From: a virus
Taxonomy: Duplodnaviria > Heunggongvirae > Uroviricota > Caudoviricetes
Direction: 5' to 3' (one strand)
DNA length: 30,880 nucleotides
Virus record (IMG/VR): IMGVR_UViG_648276660_000001
In this document: positions 18,368 to 27,344 of the stretch, in pieces
How positions within the stretch are numbered: position 1 is the first letter of the stretch
Layout of the letters: each line of letters opens with the position of its first letter
The notes under the pieces: generated by a model
What the model was told of the DNA's origin: nothing
What the model saw: the letters and a program-made list of their open reading frames with translations, nothing else
The model's database searches: none
Position numbers and translations under genes: made by a program

Positions 18368-18831
18368 TGATCGATGTTCAAATTATTCCCGCCACCGAAG
18401 AGCATCTTCAGATGATTTTGCCGGATGTTCGTCAGGCTGATATTGACGAACTGTATGCGGTATCGCTGATGACTACCGAAGATGCGCTGCGTGTTGGTCT
18501 TCGCACTGCGACTATGGCCTGGTCAGGATTTGCGAACGGAGAACTGGTAACCATGTTTGGCGTATCTCCGGCGTCAATGATCGGTGGCAATGGTACGCCC
18601 TGGCTGGTAGGAACCAGCCGTATTGAAAAATATCAGAAGACATTTCTGCGCCACTGCCGCCCTGTATTGCAGCAGATGCTGGCAGTTTATCCGCGCCTGG
18701 AAAACTACGTCGACGAGCGAAACCATGTTGCCAAAGCATGGCTGCACTGGCTTGGATTCAGGCTTGAAGAAGCCGCGCCTTATGGTGCTCTTGGTCTTAA
18801 TTTCCACAGATTTCACATGGAGAGAAAATAA
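18367..18831 (+). CDS. Hypothetical protein at the gp13 position; C-terminus (NHVAKAWLHWLGFRLEE) looks like a GNAT acetyltransferase motif
   Basis: 154 aa; start overlaps upstream stop; the GNAT resemblance is a recalled pattern, not a search result. Confidence 0.55.
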   Translation: MIDVQIIPATEEHLQMILPDVRQADIDELYAVSLMTTEDALRVGLRTATMAWSGFANGELVTMFGVSPASMIGGNGTPWLVGTSRIEKYQKTFLRHCRPVLQQMLAVYPRLENYVDERNHVAKAWLHWLGFRLEEAAPYGALGLNFHRFHMERK

Positions 18832-19376
18832 TGTGCGATCCGGTTATTGCTGGTGGCGCAATGCTCGCCATGAGTGGCATTCAGGCATACACCCAGTACC
18901 AACAGGGAAAGTATGCCTCGAAGGTTGCAGAAGCGAACGCAGATATAGCCACAGCTCAGGCAAATGATGCAATAAACAGAGGTAACGCTGAAGCTGAGCA
19001 ACGGCGCAGAGAGACCCGACAGCGGCTTGGTACACAGGCGGCGACAATGGGGGCTACCGGCGCTGATTTATCTACAGGTAACGCGCTGGATATATTTGGC
19101 GACACTGCCCAGTTTGGCGCTCTTGATTCTCTGACGACGGTGAATAACGCGCAACGCGAGGCTTACGGTTATCAGGTTCAGGCTGCCAACTATAAAGCAG
19201 AAGCCAGTTCAGCCCGTAAACAGGGGAATGTGGGAGCAGCAACAACATTGCTCACTGCGCCTCTGAAGGCATACGGTGCGTACCAGATGTTTGGTGGGAC
19301 GTGGAGTCCGTTTACTCAAAGCACCCCTGCGCCAATCGGAGCAGCAGCAGGAACCAGATTACCCGGAGGATTATAA
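18831..19376 (+). CDS. Internal virion protein B-like (T7 gp14-like), tentative
   Basis: 181 aa beginning MCDPVIAGGAMLAMSGIQA, comparable to T7 gp14 N-terminus MCWAAAIPIAISGAQA (recalled); Ala/Gln-rich. Confidence 0.6.
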   Translation: MCDPVIAGGAMLAMSGIQAYTQYQQGKYASKVAEANADIATAQANDAINRGNAEAEQRRRETRQRLGTQAATMGATGADLSTGNALDIFGDTAQFGALDSLTTVNNAQREAYGYQVQAANYKAEASSARKQGNVGAATTLLTAPLKAYGAYQMFGGTWSPFTQSTPAPIGAAAGTRLPGGL

Positions 19377-21889
19377 TGCCAGTCGTACCAACAGTATCCG
19401 GACGTCAGGTTGAGAGCCGTGGAGTTCAGTCAGCAGGCTTGCAGACGTTTTCTCAGCCAGGTATTGGTGATGCTTTTGTTCGGGCAGGGGCAGAGGCAAT
19501 TGATGTTTTGGGGCAGGCAAAACAGCGTGCCAATATTGCCTTGGCTCAGGAGGCATCTCTTAACCTCAGTCAGATAAGCAGTGATTTGCTGAATAATCCT
19601 GAAACAGGATTGCTTAACCTGAAAGGGAAAAATGCTATTGGAAAAGGCCATGAGTATACGCAGCAGTTTGATGCTCAGGTCGAACAATTGGCTATGTCGC
19701 TGCCGGATGAACAGGCTCGTAATGCTTTCATGCAGCAGGCGCAGCAGCAGCGCATTCAGTTCACTACGCAGGCCGGGCGGCACGAGATAGGGCAAATAAA
19801 TGCCTACGAAGAAGGCCAGTTTCAGGCTACGCTGCTGAACAATGGTAAAAATGCCGCAGCATTGTATGGCGACAACGCCGCATACGTATTGGCTAATAAG
19901 CAAACTTTCCAGCAAATTGAGGATTACGGCATTGCACATGGCTGGAGTGACGAGCAAATCCAGGCCAAGAAAATCGAGTTTAAAGAAGCAACAGCAAAAG
20001 CAACTGCTCAAAATGCTATTGGAGCAAACTATCTTCAGGTAAGATGGCAAAACGGCGAGTTAAGCGATACTGCTGCTGGATCTCGCCGTGCTGTAGCAGA
20101 TAGTGGCTCTTCCGATCGTACCCGCGGTATACGCAACAATAACCCCGGCAATCTTGAATACAGCAAAACTAATCCGTGGGTTGGGCAGACTGGTGATGAT
20201 GGTCGCTTTGCCAAATTCGAAACCCCTGAACACGGTATTCGTGCATTAGGGCGGAACCTGATGTCGTATCAGCGGCAGGGTATTGATACCGTCAGCGAGA
20301 TAATTAATCGCTGGGCACCGCCTACTGATAAAAATGACACTATGTCGTATATCAAAGCAGTGTGCGAACAACTTGGCGTTTCTGCTGATGAGCCTCTCGA
20401 TGCATCAAATCCTGATACCCTGAAGGCGCTTTGTGCAGCCATTATCCATCATGAAAACGGTAGCCAGCCATACAGTGATCAGCAGTTAACTGCAGGTGTT
20501 AGTGCTGCGCTGGGGCTTTCTCAGCTACCGACAAAAAATAAACGTTATACCGGTGTAGCCTGGTTCGATGCTTTAAGTGAATCAGATCAGGCCAGCGTGT
20601 TGCGACAGACTGATGCACTAGCCAGACAACAGCAGGCTGAATATAAAACGATGCTCGACAGCCGGGTTCGCGATGCGACGGCTGCGTATATGCGTGGCGT
20701 TGAATTTCCTAACCCACCTGGTGAGGATGATTTTATTGCAGCTTATGGAGTCAGAGAAGGAAACCTGCGATATACCGAGTTTAAGAATACGCAGATCGCC
20801 GGACAGTATATAGGCTCTTTCCGCAACATGCCGACAAGCAGCATTACAGCATATGTTGAGCAATTACGCCCGGATACTGGTGATACAGGGGAGGGGTATG
20901 CGGCACGCGCAGCTCTTTATGACAACGTTGTTTCGGCTGCAAATCAGGTGATAAAGCAGCGGCAGTCGGATCCTGTGCAGTTCTCTCTTGCCTCCGGACA
21001 GGCAAAGCCTATCGACATGAGCAATAAGGATAACTTTGGACAGAGCGTTGCCTTGCGTGCCGCTCAGGTCAGTGACCTTGCTAAGTCATATGGCACTCCA
21101 CTGACGTTCTTTTCCAAAGACGAGGCCAATCAGATCGGTGTTTTCTTTCGTGATGCGCCAGTTTCCCAACAGGCAGCATATCTCGATACCATCAGGCAGA
21201 GCACTGGTGGTGGGCAGGTGTATATGTCAGCACTACAGCAGATCAGTGCCAACGCTCCATCTGCTGCCGTTGCCGGGATACTGATGGATAAGCCTGGTGG
21301 TATTTTGGCAGAAAAAAACTGGTTTAATCCTGATGTTTCCGTGTCTCCTGAAACCGCAGCGCAGACAATTCTTGCTGGTGCGGCGGCTCGTAAAGGTACT
21401 GATGACGCGAAAGGTATTCCGATGCCTAAAGATGCTGATCTCCGCATTGAGTTTTCTGACATGGTGAAGGATGCATTTGCTGGTGATGCTCAGGGGGCAT
21501 CAATGGCATACGAGATCGCAAAGGACTATTACGCTGGTGTGATGGCGAAAAAAGGCGTGGTATCAGGCGAAATTGACAATGATATCTGGAAACAGGCTGT
21601 TAACGTAGCTACAGGTGGCGTGCATGACTATAACGGAATGGGGAATGTTCTTTTGCCGTGGGGAATGTCTGCAGAGCAATTCGATAAGCAGGTTAATCAG
21701 GCTTGGAATGAACAAGTTGTCGGCACAGGGATAAAAACACCGCTTGGTCAGTATGGTTTGCAAAGTTACGGCGATAGTCAGTACCTGGTGAAACTTGGTA
21801 CTGGTTATCTGCTAAAAGATGATGGTTCTCCCGTTGTTCTTGATCTGACACAGAAGCGTCAGAGATTCTCCGGAGATATTCCGCAATGA
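19376..21889 (+). CDS. Large internal virion/ejection protein with a conserved central block (GIRNNNPGNLEY ... IIHHENG), possibly a cell-wall-acting domain
   Basis: ATG 19376 with GGAGGA RBS and TAATG overlap (the ORF-track extension from 19301 overlaps the upstream gene); 837 aa; position after gp14-like gene. Confidence 0.7.
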   Translation: MPVVPTVSGRQVESRGVQSAGLQTFSQPGIGDAFVRAGAEAIDVLGQAKQRANIALAQEASLNLSQISSDLLNNPETGLLNLKGKNAIGKGHEYTQQFDAQVEQLAMSLPDEQARNAFMQQAQQQRIQFTTQAGRHEIGQINAYEEGQFQATLLNNGKNAAALYGDNAAYVLANKQTFQQIEDYGIAHGWSDEQIQAKKIEFKEATAKATAQNAIGANYLQVRWQNGELSDTAAGSRRAVADSGSSDRTRGIRNNNPGNLEYSKTNPWVGQTGDDGRFAKFETPEHGIRALGRNLMSYQRQGIDTVSEIINRWAPPTDKNDTMSYIKAVCEQLGVSADEPLDASNPDTLKALCAAIIHHENGSQPYSDQQLTAGVSAALGLSQLPTKNKRYTGVAWFDALSESDQASVLRQTDALARQQQAEYKTMLDSRVRDATAAYMRGVEFPNPPGEDDFIAAYGVREGNLRYTEFKNTQIAGQYIGSFRNMPTSSITAYVEQLRPDTGDTGEGYAARAALYDNVVSAANQVIKQRQSDPVQFSLASGQAKPIDMSNKDNFGQSVALRAAQVSDLAKSYGTPLTFFSKDEANQIGVFFRDAPVSQQAAYLDTIRQSTGGGQVYMSALQQISANAPSAAVAGILMDKPGGILAEKNWFNPDVSVSPETAAQTILAGAAARKGTDDAKGIPMPKDADLRIEFSDMVKDAFAGDAQGASMAYEIAKDYYAGVMAKKGVVSGEIDNDIWKQAVNVATGGVHDYNGMGNVLLPWGMSAEQFDKQVNQAWNEQVVGTGIKTPLGQYGLQSYGDSQYLVKLGTGYLLKDDGSPVVLDLTQKRQRFSGDIPQ

Positions 21890-23688
21890 GTTACTTTGGC
21901 CTTAATCCAGTAAACCAGAATCAGCAGCTTGACGAAGCAGCATCAAATCCAGCTGGCTTTAACAGCGATGTTGGTTTTTTCGACAATGCTGTAGGAGCGG
22001 CATTGTCTGGTTTGTACTCCGGGCTGGTGGCAAAGCCAGATCAGTTGCTCTGGGCAGGGATGGATAAAATCGTATCCCCGATTGCTCAGTTTGTTAACGA
22101 AAACACCTCGCTCAATGACACTTCAGTTTCATACATTGCCGAGCAGAGAAAACTAGCAGAGCAGCAGGTTAAGCGGCTGACGCCTGATGCCGCGACAACT
22201 GGAACCGCCGGGCAGGTTCTTTATGGGTTGTTCGATATGGGCGGGCAGGCTGTTGTTGGTACAACGCTCGGTGGTCCGGTCGGAGGTGCTGCGGCGGTAA
22301 CTTCGCTACAGGGTTTTTCTGAGTTTGAACGGCTGACAGCACAGGGTGTTGATTTCAGGACGGCGCAGGAAGCGGGATTAGTGCAGGGCATTACTGCTGG
22401 TGCCGGAACGCTGATCCCTATAAGCCTCGGGTTACGTGCTGGTGGTGCGCTGGCGGAAGGTGTGGCGGCTCAGCTTGCGCGGACGGGTGAAAGTTCAGTG
22501 CGACGCGCCGCAGCAACAGCAGTACGTGCAACGCCAGATATTGCCTATGCCGCAGGTACAAATATTGCGTTCGGTATGGCACAGCGTGGGCTTACTGCAA
22601 AAACGCTTCGTGATGGTGGCTATAGCGAAATGGCTAATCAGTATGATGTGTTGGATCGACAGGCAATTGCTATTGATGCTGTTCTTGGAGTGGCGTTTGG
22701 TGGTGTCGGCAGATTTATTAACTCTCGCGGCGAGTCTACAAGCGCACCAAATTTTTCACCAGTTGATGTCGATGCTGCACTGGCGGCGAATGCCGCTCAT
22801 CATGCTGAAATTGATATTGCTCCCGGTGTGCCGATCAACGTGCTTTCGCGTAATTCGCACATTCAGGCTCTGCGAAAAGCCATGTCTGATGTTAGCCAGG
22901 GGAGACCTGTAGACGTTGCCAGCATTGTTGAGTCTGCATCTTTCAGTGAAATTCCTGGGCGCAAGAGTCTGCTTTCTCAGGCAGTTAATGAGGCTCTGTC
23001 ATCTGTAGATGATGGAGTAACGGCGCGCGCTATAGAAAATCGGTTGCTTGAAGAACAGGCCGCGCAGCTTTTGCCGCGTGGCGATAGACAGGTTTACCAG
23101 TCTGAAATCGCTAATAGCCAACGAATTATTGAAAATCTCACTGAACAGCGCGCACAAATTCTTGCAGAAGAGCCAACCGGTAGCGGTAAAGCTTTGTCTC
23201 GTGCTCGATCAGATAAACAGGCCAGACTTCGCGATATTGATCAACGAATCCGGCAGGCACAAGAACGCCTGGAGTTTTCCCGTAACGCGTTGGCACCGCA
23301 CGAGCCTGGCGGTCAGTTTTTTGAAGCTCGAGCAGAACTGGCACGACGACAGCAGGCAGAAAGTGAACTTAATGCTCAGGCTGTTTCATTCTATAAAACA
23401 GCAGAGGTCAGGACGCCAGACGAAGTAGCTCCTTTTGAGCCCGGTAAGATATTGCAACAGACAGAACAAAAAATGATGGCAGATCCGGCAGGAGATATTG
23501 ATCTGCGTATAGCTGAAGACTCGCTGCTTGAATCTCCGGACATGATAATCACCGTGCTGGATGATGATGGTAATCCACAATCGCGCAGTGCGCGTGAAGT
23601 ACTGGATGAAGCGAACAGGGAAAGTGAGCAGGCAATACAGGATTCCAGCCTGTTTGATGTTGCTGTGGCGTGTTTCTTGAGAGGTTAA
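21886..23688 (+). CDS. Large internal virion/ejection protein (Gly/Ala-rich N-terminal half, charged coiled-coil-like C-terminal half)
   Basis: 600 aa; ATGA overlap with upstream gene. Confidence 0.7.
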   Translation: MSYFGLNPVNQNQQLDEAASNPAGFNSDVGFFDNAVGAALSGLYSGLVAKPDQLLWAGMDKIVSPIAQFVNENTSLNDTSVSYIAEQRKLAEQQVKRLTPDAATTGTAGQVLYGLFDMGGQAVVGTTLGGPVGGAAAVTSLQGFSEFERLTAQGVDFRTAQEAGLVQGITAGAGTLIPISLGLRAGGALAEGVAAQLARTGESSVRRAAATAVRATPDIAYAAGTNIAFGMAQRGLTAKTLRDGGYSEMANQYDVLDRQAIAIDAVLGVAFGGVGRFINSRGESTSAPNFSPVDVDAALAANAAHHAEIDIAPGVPINVLSRNSHIQALRKAMSDVSQGRPVDVASIVESASFSEIPGRKSLLSQAVNEALSSVDDGVTARAIENRLLEEQAAQLLPRGDRQVYQSEIANSQRIIENLTEQRAQILAEEPTGSGKALSRARSDKQARLRDIDQRIRQAQERLEFSRNALAPHEPGGQFFEARAELARRQQAESELNAQAVSFYKTAEVRTPDEVAPFEPGKILQQTEQKMMADPAGDIDLRIAEDSLLESPDMIITVLDDDGNPQSRSAREVLDEANRESEQAIQDSSLFDVAVACFLRG

Positions 23689-23693
23689 ATTAA

Positions 23694-26168
23694 ATGAGAC
23701 AGGAATGTATACAAGCGGTCCAGCAGGCGGCGCAGCGCACGTTAACGGCGCGAGAAATACAGAACATTGAAGACCGCATTTATCGAAATATGCGCTCCAT
23801 TGCTCGTGATGACCCGATGTCGTGGCGACAACTTTCCGAATCAGAACGGTTGTATCGTGCAGCACAATTGGCATCTGAAGAATTACAGCGAGAAGCGGCA
23901 TTAAAGAAACGTCGTGTGGCCCTCACTATAGCCGCACGTCAGAGATTGGATAAATTTATCAATAGCTATCAAGGGGCTGATGGGAAACTTGGCGCTCTTA
24001 ACCGTACTATTGCTTTTAATGCAGACGGTAAATCGAATTTCCTCTCTGTTGAATCCAGAACAAAAGCCACCCGTGATTATGCATTGAGTCAATTGCAGGA
24101 GGCATTCGAAGCAGTTGATCCTCGCTTTTTTGGTCTGTTTGAAGATGAAGCGGGCGTACGTGACCTGGTATATGAAATGCGGGGGCAAAATACTGGCAAT
24201 GCTAAAGCAAGAAAAGGTGCTAAGGCGTGGAGAGAAGTTACAGAGCTGCTGCGCCGCCGGTTTAATGATGCTGGTGGGGACATTGGCTATCTCGAAAACT
24301 GGGGGATCCCTCAACATCATTCTATGGAAAAGGTTGGGGCGGTATCAAAGGATAAGTGGGTTAGCGATGTTATAGGTAAGCTGGATCGCAAATATTATAC
24401 CCGAGCCGATGGACAACTGATGAACGATGCCGAGTTGTCTGAATTTCTTGGAGAGGCTTATAACACGATCGCTACTGGTGGGCTGAATAAGCTTACTGAT
24501 ACCGGAATGCGAATTTCCGGCGCACGTGCTAACCGTGGTAATGCATCACGACAGATACATTTCAAAGATGCAGATTCCTATCTGCAATATCAGCAACTTT
24601 ATGGCGATCGCTCTCTATGGGAAATCATGGTCGGTCACCTGGAAGGTATCAGTAAAGATATTGCGCTGGTGGAAACATATGGCCCAAACCCCGATCATGT
24701 TTTCCGCTCCCTTCTTGATCAGGTTAAGGCAGAAACGGCAACAGCTAACCCGAGTAAAACCGGTAGCGTCGAGCGTCTGGCGAACAAAACAGAGAACTTG
24801 TACAACTTTATTTCCGGAAAAACACAGCCTGTAGCGAATCCGCACATCGCGCGATGGTCTGACAATATCCGCAACTGGCTGGTTGCCAGCAGACTCGGAT
24901 CCGCGTTGCTGTCATCGTTCTCTGATCTTGGAACCATGTATCTGTCTGCGAAGGTTACCAACCTTCCAATGAACCAGTTATTTCGCAACCAGCTTGAAGC
25001 TATGGACCCAACGAACCGTACAGAACTTGCGCGGGCGCGCCGCGCTGGCCTGGCGATGGAATCTCTACTTGGCAGCGTTAACCGCTGGGCGATGGATAAT
25101 ATGGGGCCGTCTGTGTCTCGTTGGGCGGCAACGGCGGTAATGCGTGCCAGTGGGCTTACAGCATGGTCAGATGCGCACAAGCGCGCCTATGGCGTAACCA
25201 TGATGGGAAGCCTGGGAGAAGTAGTGTCACGGACACCAGACCTTCGTAGCCTCGATGACTCTGATTTTCGTATCCTGAAAAGCAAAGGGATTACTGACAC
25301 AGACTGGAGCGTATGGAAGCTGGCGCAACAGGAGGACTGGGGGAACGGTAATAATACGATGCTGACACCGGAAAGCATTATGCGTATCCCTGATTCAGCA
25401 GTTAAACATCTTGGTGAGCCTGAACGCGTGAAATTTGAGGCAATGCGTAAACTGCTCGGTGCCGTAACTGAAGAAGTTGATATGGCTGTTATTACACCGG
25501 GCGCACGTGAACAGATGTTCGTAGGGTCTGGTCTTCAGCGTGGAACATGGAAAGGTGAATTAACGAGAAGTGTTTTCCTGTTTAAATCGTTCCCTATCTC
25601 GGTAGTTATGCGTCACTGGCATAGAGCTATGGGGATGCCGTCTGCTGGTGGGCGTGCGGCATATATAGCAACGTTTTTAGCAAGCACAACCATGCTTGGT
25701 GCTCTTTCCATGCAGATTACTGATCTTATTAATGGGAGAAATCCAAAAGAAATGACCGGTGACAACATGGTTAAATTCTGGATAAATGCATTTTTAAAAG
25801 GTGGTGGGGCAGGGTTGTATGGTGATTTTCTTTTCTCTGACCACACCAGGTACGGGAGCGGCGCACTAGCGTCGATGCTTGGCCCGGTAGCTGGTCTGGT
25901 TGATGACGTAGTGAAGATTGCTCAGGGCATACCGTTAAATGCTGTGGAAGGGAAGAATGAGCAGACTGGTGGTGATCTGGTTAAGCTTGGGAAAGGTTTG
26001 ATGCCTGGTGCGAATCTCTGGTACTTGAAGGCGGCTCTCGATCACATGATCTTTAATCAGATGCAGGAGTATTTTTCACCAGGCTATTTGCGTAAAATGG
26101 AGCAACGTTCGAAGAAAGAGTTTAACCAGACATACTGGTGGCGACCTCAGGATGTCACTCCGCAATAA
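23694..26168 (+). CDS. Large internal virion/ejection protein
   Basis: 824 aa; last large gene of the late operon before the accessory island. Confidence 0.7.
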   Translation: MRQECIQAVQQAAQRTLTAREIQNIEDRIYRNMRSIARDDPMSWRQLSESERLYRAAQLASEELQREAALKKRRVALTIAARQRLDKFINSYQGADGKLGALNRTIAFNADGKSNFLSVESRTKATRDYALSQLQEAFEAVDPRFFGLFEDEAGVRDLVYEMRGQNTGNAKARKGAKAWREVTELLRRRFNDAGGDIGYLENWGIPQHHSMEKVGAVSKDKWVSDVIGKLDRKYYTRADGQLMNDAELSEFLGEAYNTIATGGLNKLTDTGMRISGARANRGNASRQIHFKDADSYLQYQQLYGDRSLWEIMVGHLEGISKDIALVETYGPNPDHVFRSLLDQVKAETATANPSKTGSVERLANKTENLYNFISGKTQPVANPHIARWSDNIRNWLVASRLGSALLSSFSDLGTMYLSAKVTNLPMNQLFRNQLEAMDPTNRTELARARRAGLAMESLLGSVNRWAMDNMGPSVSRWAATAVMRASGLTAWSDAHKRAYGVTMMGSLGEVVSRTPDLRSLDDSDFRILKSKGITDTDWSVWKLAQQEDWGNGNNTMLTPESIMRIPDSAVKHLGEPERVKFEAMRKLLGAVTEEVDMAVITPGAREQMFVGSGLQRGTWKGELTRSVFLFKSFPISVVMRHWHRAMGMPSAGGRAAYIATFLASTTMLGALSMQITDLINGRNPKEMTGDNMVKFWINAFLKGGGAGLYGDFLFSDHTRYGSGALASMLGPVAGLVDDVVKIAQGIPLNAVEGKNEQTGGDLVKLGKGLMPGANLWYLKAALDHMIFNQMQEYFSPGYLRKMEQRSKKEFNQTYWWRPQDVTPQ

Positions 26169-26177
26169 GGAACAACA

Positions 26178-26591
26178 ATGAAGGAATTATTGCTGTTATC
26201 GGTATTTTTGATATCCGCTTGCTCGACATCCTATGATGTTTATGACGGTGTTGATAAGGCATATTGCGACAAAGTTAAAATGGATTTTTCTCTTGCCAAG
26301 ACGGCGAAGGATAGTTGTATTGATCACTACGTCAAGACTTATACCAAGCCAGCCTCATCGGCATCTGATATTGCTGAAGGTGCTGTGTTTGAGTGTAACA
26401 AGGTGATATCCATCGCAGCGAGTTCTTCATACGATGCTGCTGTATGTGCAATGGCTGAAAGAAACGGCATGTCAGTGCAAAAAATTAATAGCATGATAAG
26501 CAGTAATGACGAAGCCAAAATAAGAACTGATATCAGCTCGGTGAAAAAAGATGCCATGAACAGAGTTGTAAAATATCAGTCATCTTTATAA
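26178..26591 (+). CDS. Putative lipoprotein (cargo gene; candidate superinfection-exclusion or envelope protein)
   Basis: AAGGAA RBS; N-terminus MKELLLLSVFLISAC has a signal peptide with lipobox-like LISA-C; AT-rich relative to neighbours; followed by palindrome copy 3 and a terminator. Confidence 0.65.
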   Translation: MKELLLLSVFLISACSTSYDVYDGVDKAYCDKVKMDFSLAKTAKDSCIDHYVKTYTKPASSASDIAEGAVFECNKVISIAASSSYDAAVCAMAERNGMSVQKINSMISSNDEAKIRTDISSVKKDAMNRVVKYQSSL

Positions 26592-26594
26592 GTC

Positions 26595-26606
26595 GTGACA
26601 TGTCAC
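26595..26606. repeat. Perfect 12-bp palindrome GTGACATGTCAC, copy 3 of 3
   Basis: Exact string read in sequence. Confidence 0.9.
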
Positions 26607-26607
26607 A

Positions 26608-26631
26608 GGCCGCTTTCGCGGCCTTGTTTTT
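26608..26631 (+). terminator. Intrinsic terminator (GGCCGC-tttc-GCGGCC followed by TTGTTTTT)
   Basis: Read in sequence between convergent genes. Confidence 0.7.
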
Positions 26632-26791
26632 AACGAATGCCACCGCCACCCGGGCGGGAATCCGCAGAACGCCCACCGCAGCGGGAGCCGTCAGCAGCAG
26701 TGTCGCTGTCGTGCTGACAACGACCGGCAAAGGCCTGAGTTGAAGCTACCAGAGACAACAAAACGAACAGTGCAGCAAATGCTTTTTTCAT
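26630..26791 (-). CDS. Small secreted peptide (53 aa precursor, about 31-aa Gly/Arg/Cys-containing mature part)
   Basis: Minus-strand ATG at 26791; textbook Sec signal MKKAFAALFVLLSLVASTQAFA with AxA cleavage motif; weak RBS; ORF track gives a longer N-terminally extended version. Confidence 0.45.
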   Translation of the reverse strand: MKKAFAALFVLLSLVASTQAFAGRCQHDSDTAADGSRCGGRSADSRPGGGGIR

Positions 26792-26861
26792 TGTGAAATT
26801 TCCATCTATAAGCCACCTCAATGTGGCGTCAATGAGTGTAGCACTGACTTTTGTTTCGCCC

Positions 26862-26884
26862 ACAAAAAAGCCCGCAGCGCGGGC
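26862..26884 (-). terminator. Intrinsic terminator of the minus-strand two-gene operon (GCCCGC-agc-GCGGGC then TTTTTTGT on minus strand)
   Basis: Read in sequence; hairpin overlaps the stop codon at 26884. Confidence 0.65.
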
Positions 26885-27324
26885 TATTCTTCTTCATCAT
26901 TAAAAAGCGGATTGTTGTTTCCATCTGATGAAAGGAAAGGTATGTGTTCTCTTGAAAATCCAACAATGACAATTTCATTATCATTTTTTGCATAATGAAT
27001 GCATTCATTAGAATGCCTTCCGCCAGGGTTGAAATTTAAGTTAATGGTATAATTCTTAAATGTGTTTGGATACCATGTTGGCCCACAATGATAATGCCAA
27101 TAATTCTCTTGCTCATAATTGTCTGAGCCGGGAATTTTATCATGGTTATCATCAACCCACGAGGGCTTGTTTTTTCCAACAAGCGCCCTTCCATTGGCAA
27201 CATCCTCTAAAAAACTTTGTATGATTTTTATTTCATCATCAGTAAGGAAAGGTCCGTCTACAGCGAAAGGGGTGTTGCTTTCCCCATGTAGAAAACTATT
27301 AGATATTCTAATGTTAAACTTCAA
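26884..27324 (-). CDS. Hypothetical cargo protein (about 146 aa; His/Cys-containing motif WHYHCG ... GGRHSNECIHY), second gene of a two-gene operon
   Basis: Predicted TTG start at 27324 with AGGAG RBS 6 nt upstream; the ORF-track N-terminal extension to 27465 overlaps the upstream small gene in another frame; markedly AT-rich. Confidence 0.5.
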   Translation of the reverse strand: MKFNIRISNSFLHGESNTPFAVDGPFLTDDEIKIIQSFLEDVANGRALVGKNKPSWVDDNHDKIPGSDNYEQENYWHYHCGPTWYPNTFKNYTINLNFNPGGRHSNECIHYAKNDNEIVIVGFSREHIPFLSSDGNNNPLFNDEEE

Positions 27325-27344
27325 GGAAAACTCCTGATGTGCTT

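Noticed and set aside
19301-19375. N-terminal 25-codon extension of the large ejection protein ORF (possible frameshift fusion with the upstream gene)
   Set aside because: The extension overlaps the upstream gene in another frame and lacks an RBS, whereas ATG 19376 has a GGAGGA RBS and a TAATG stop/start overlap; no slippery sequence noticed
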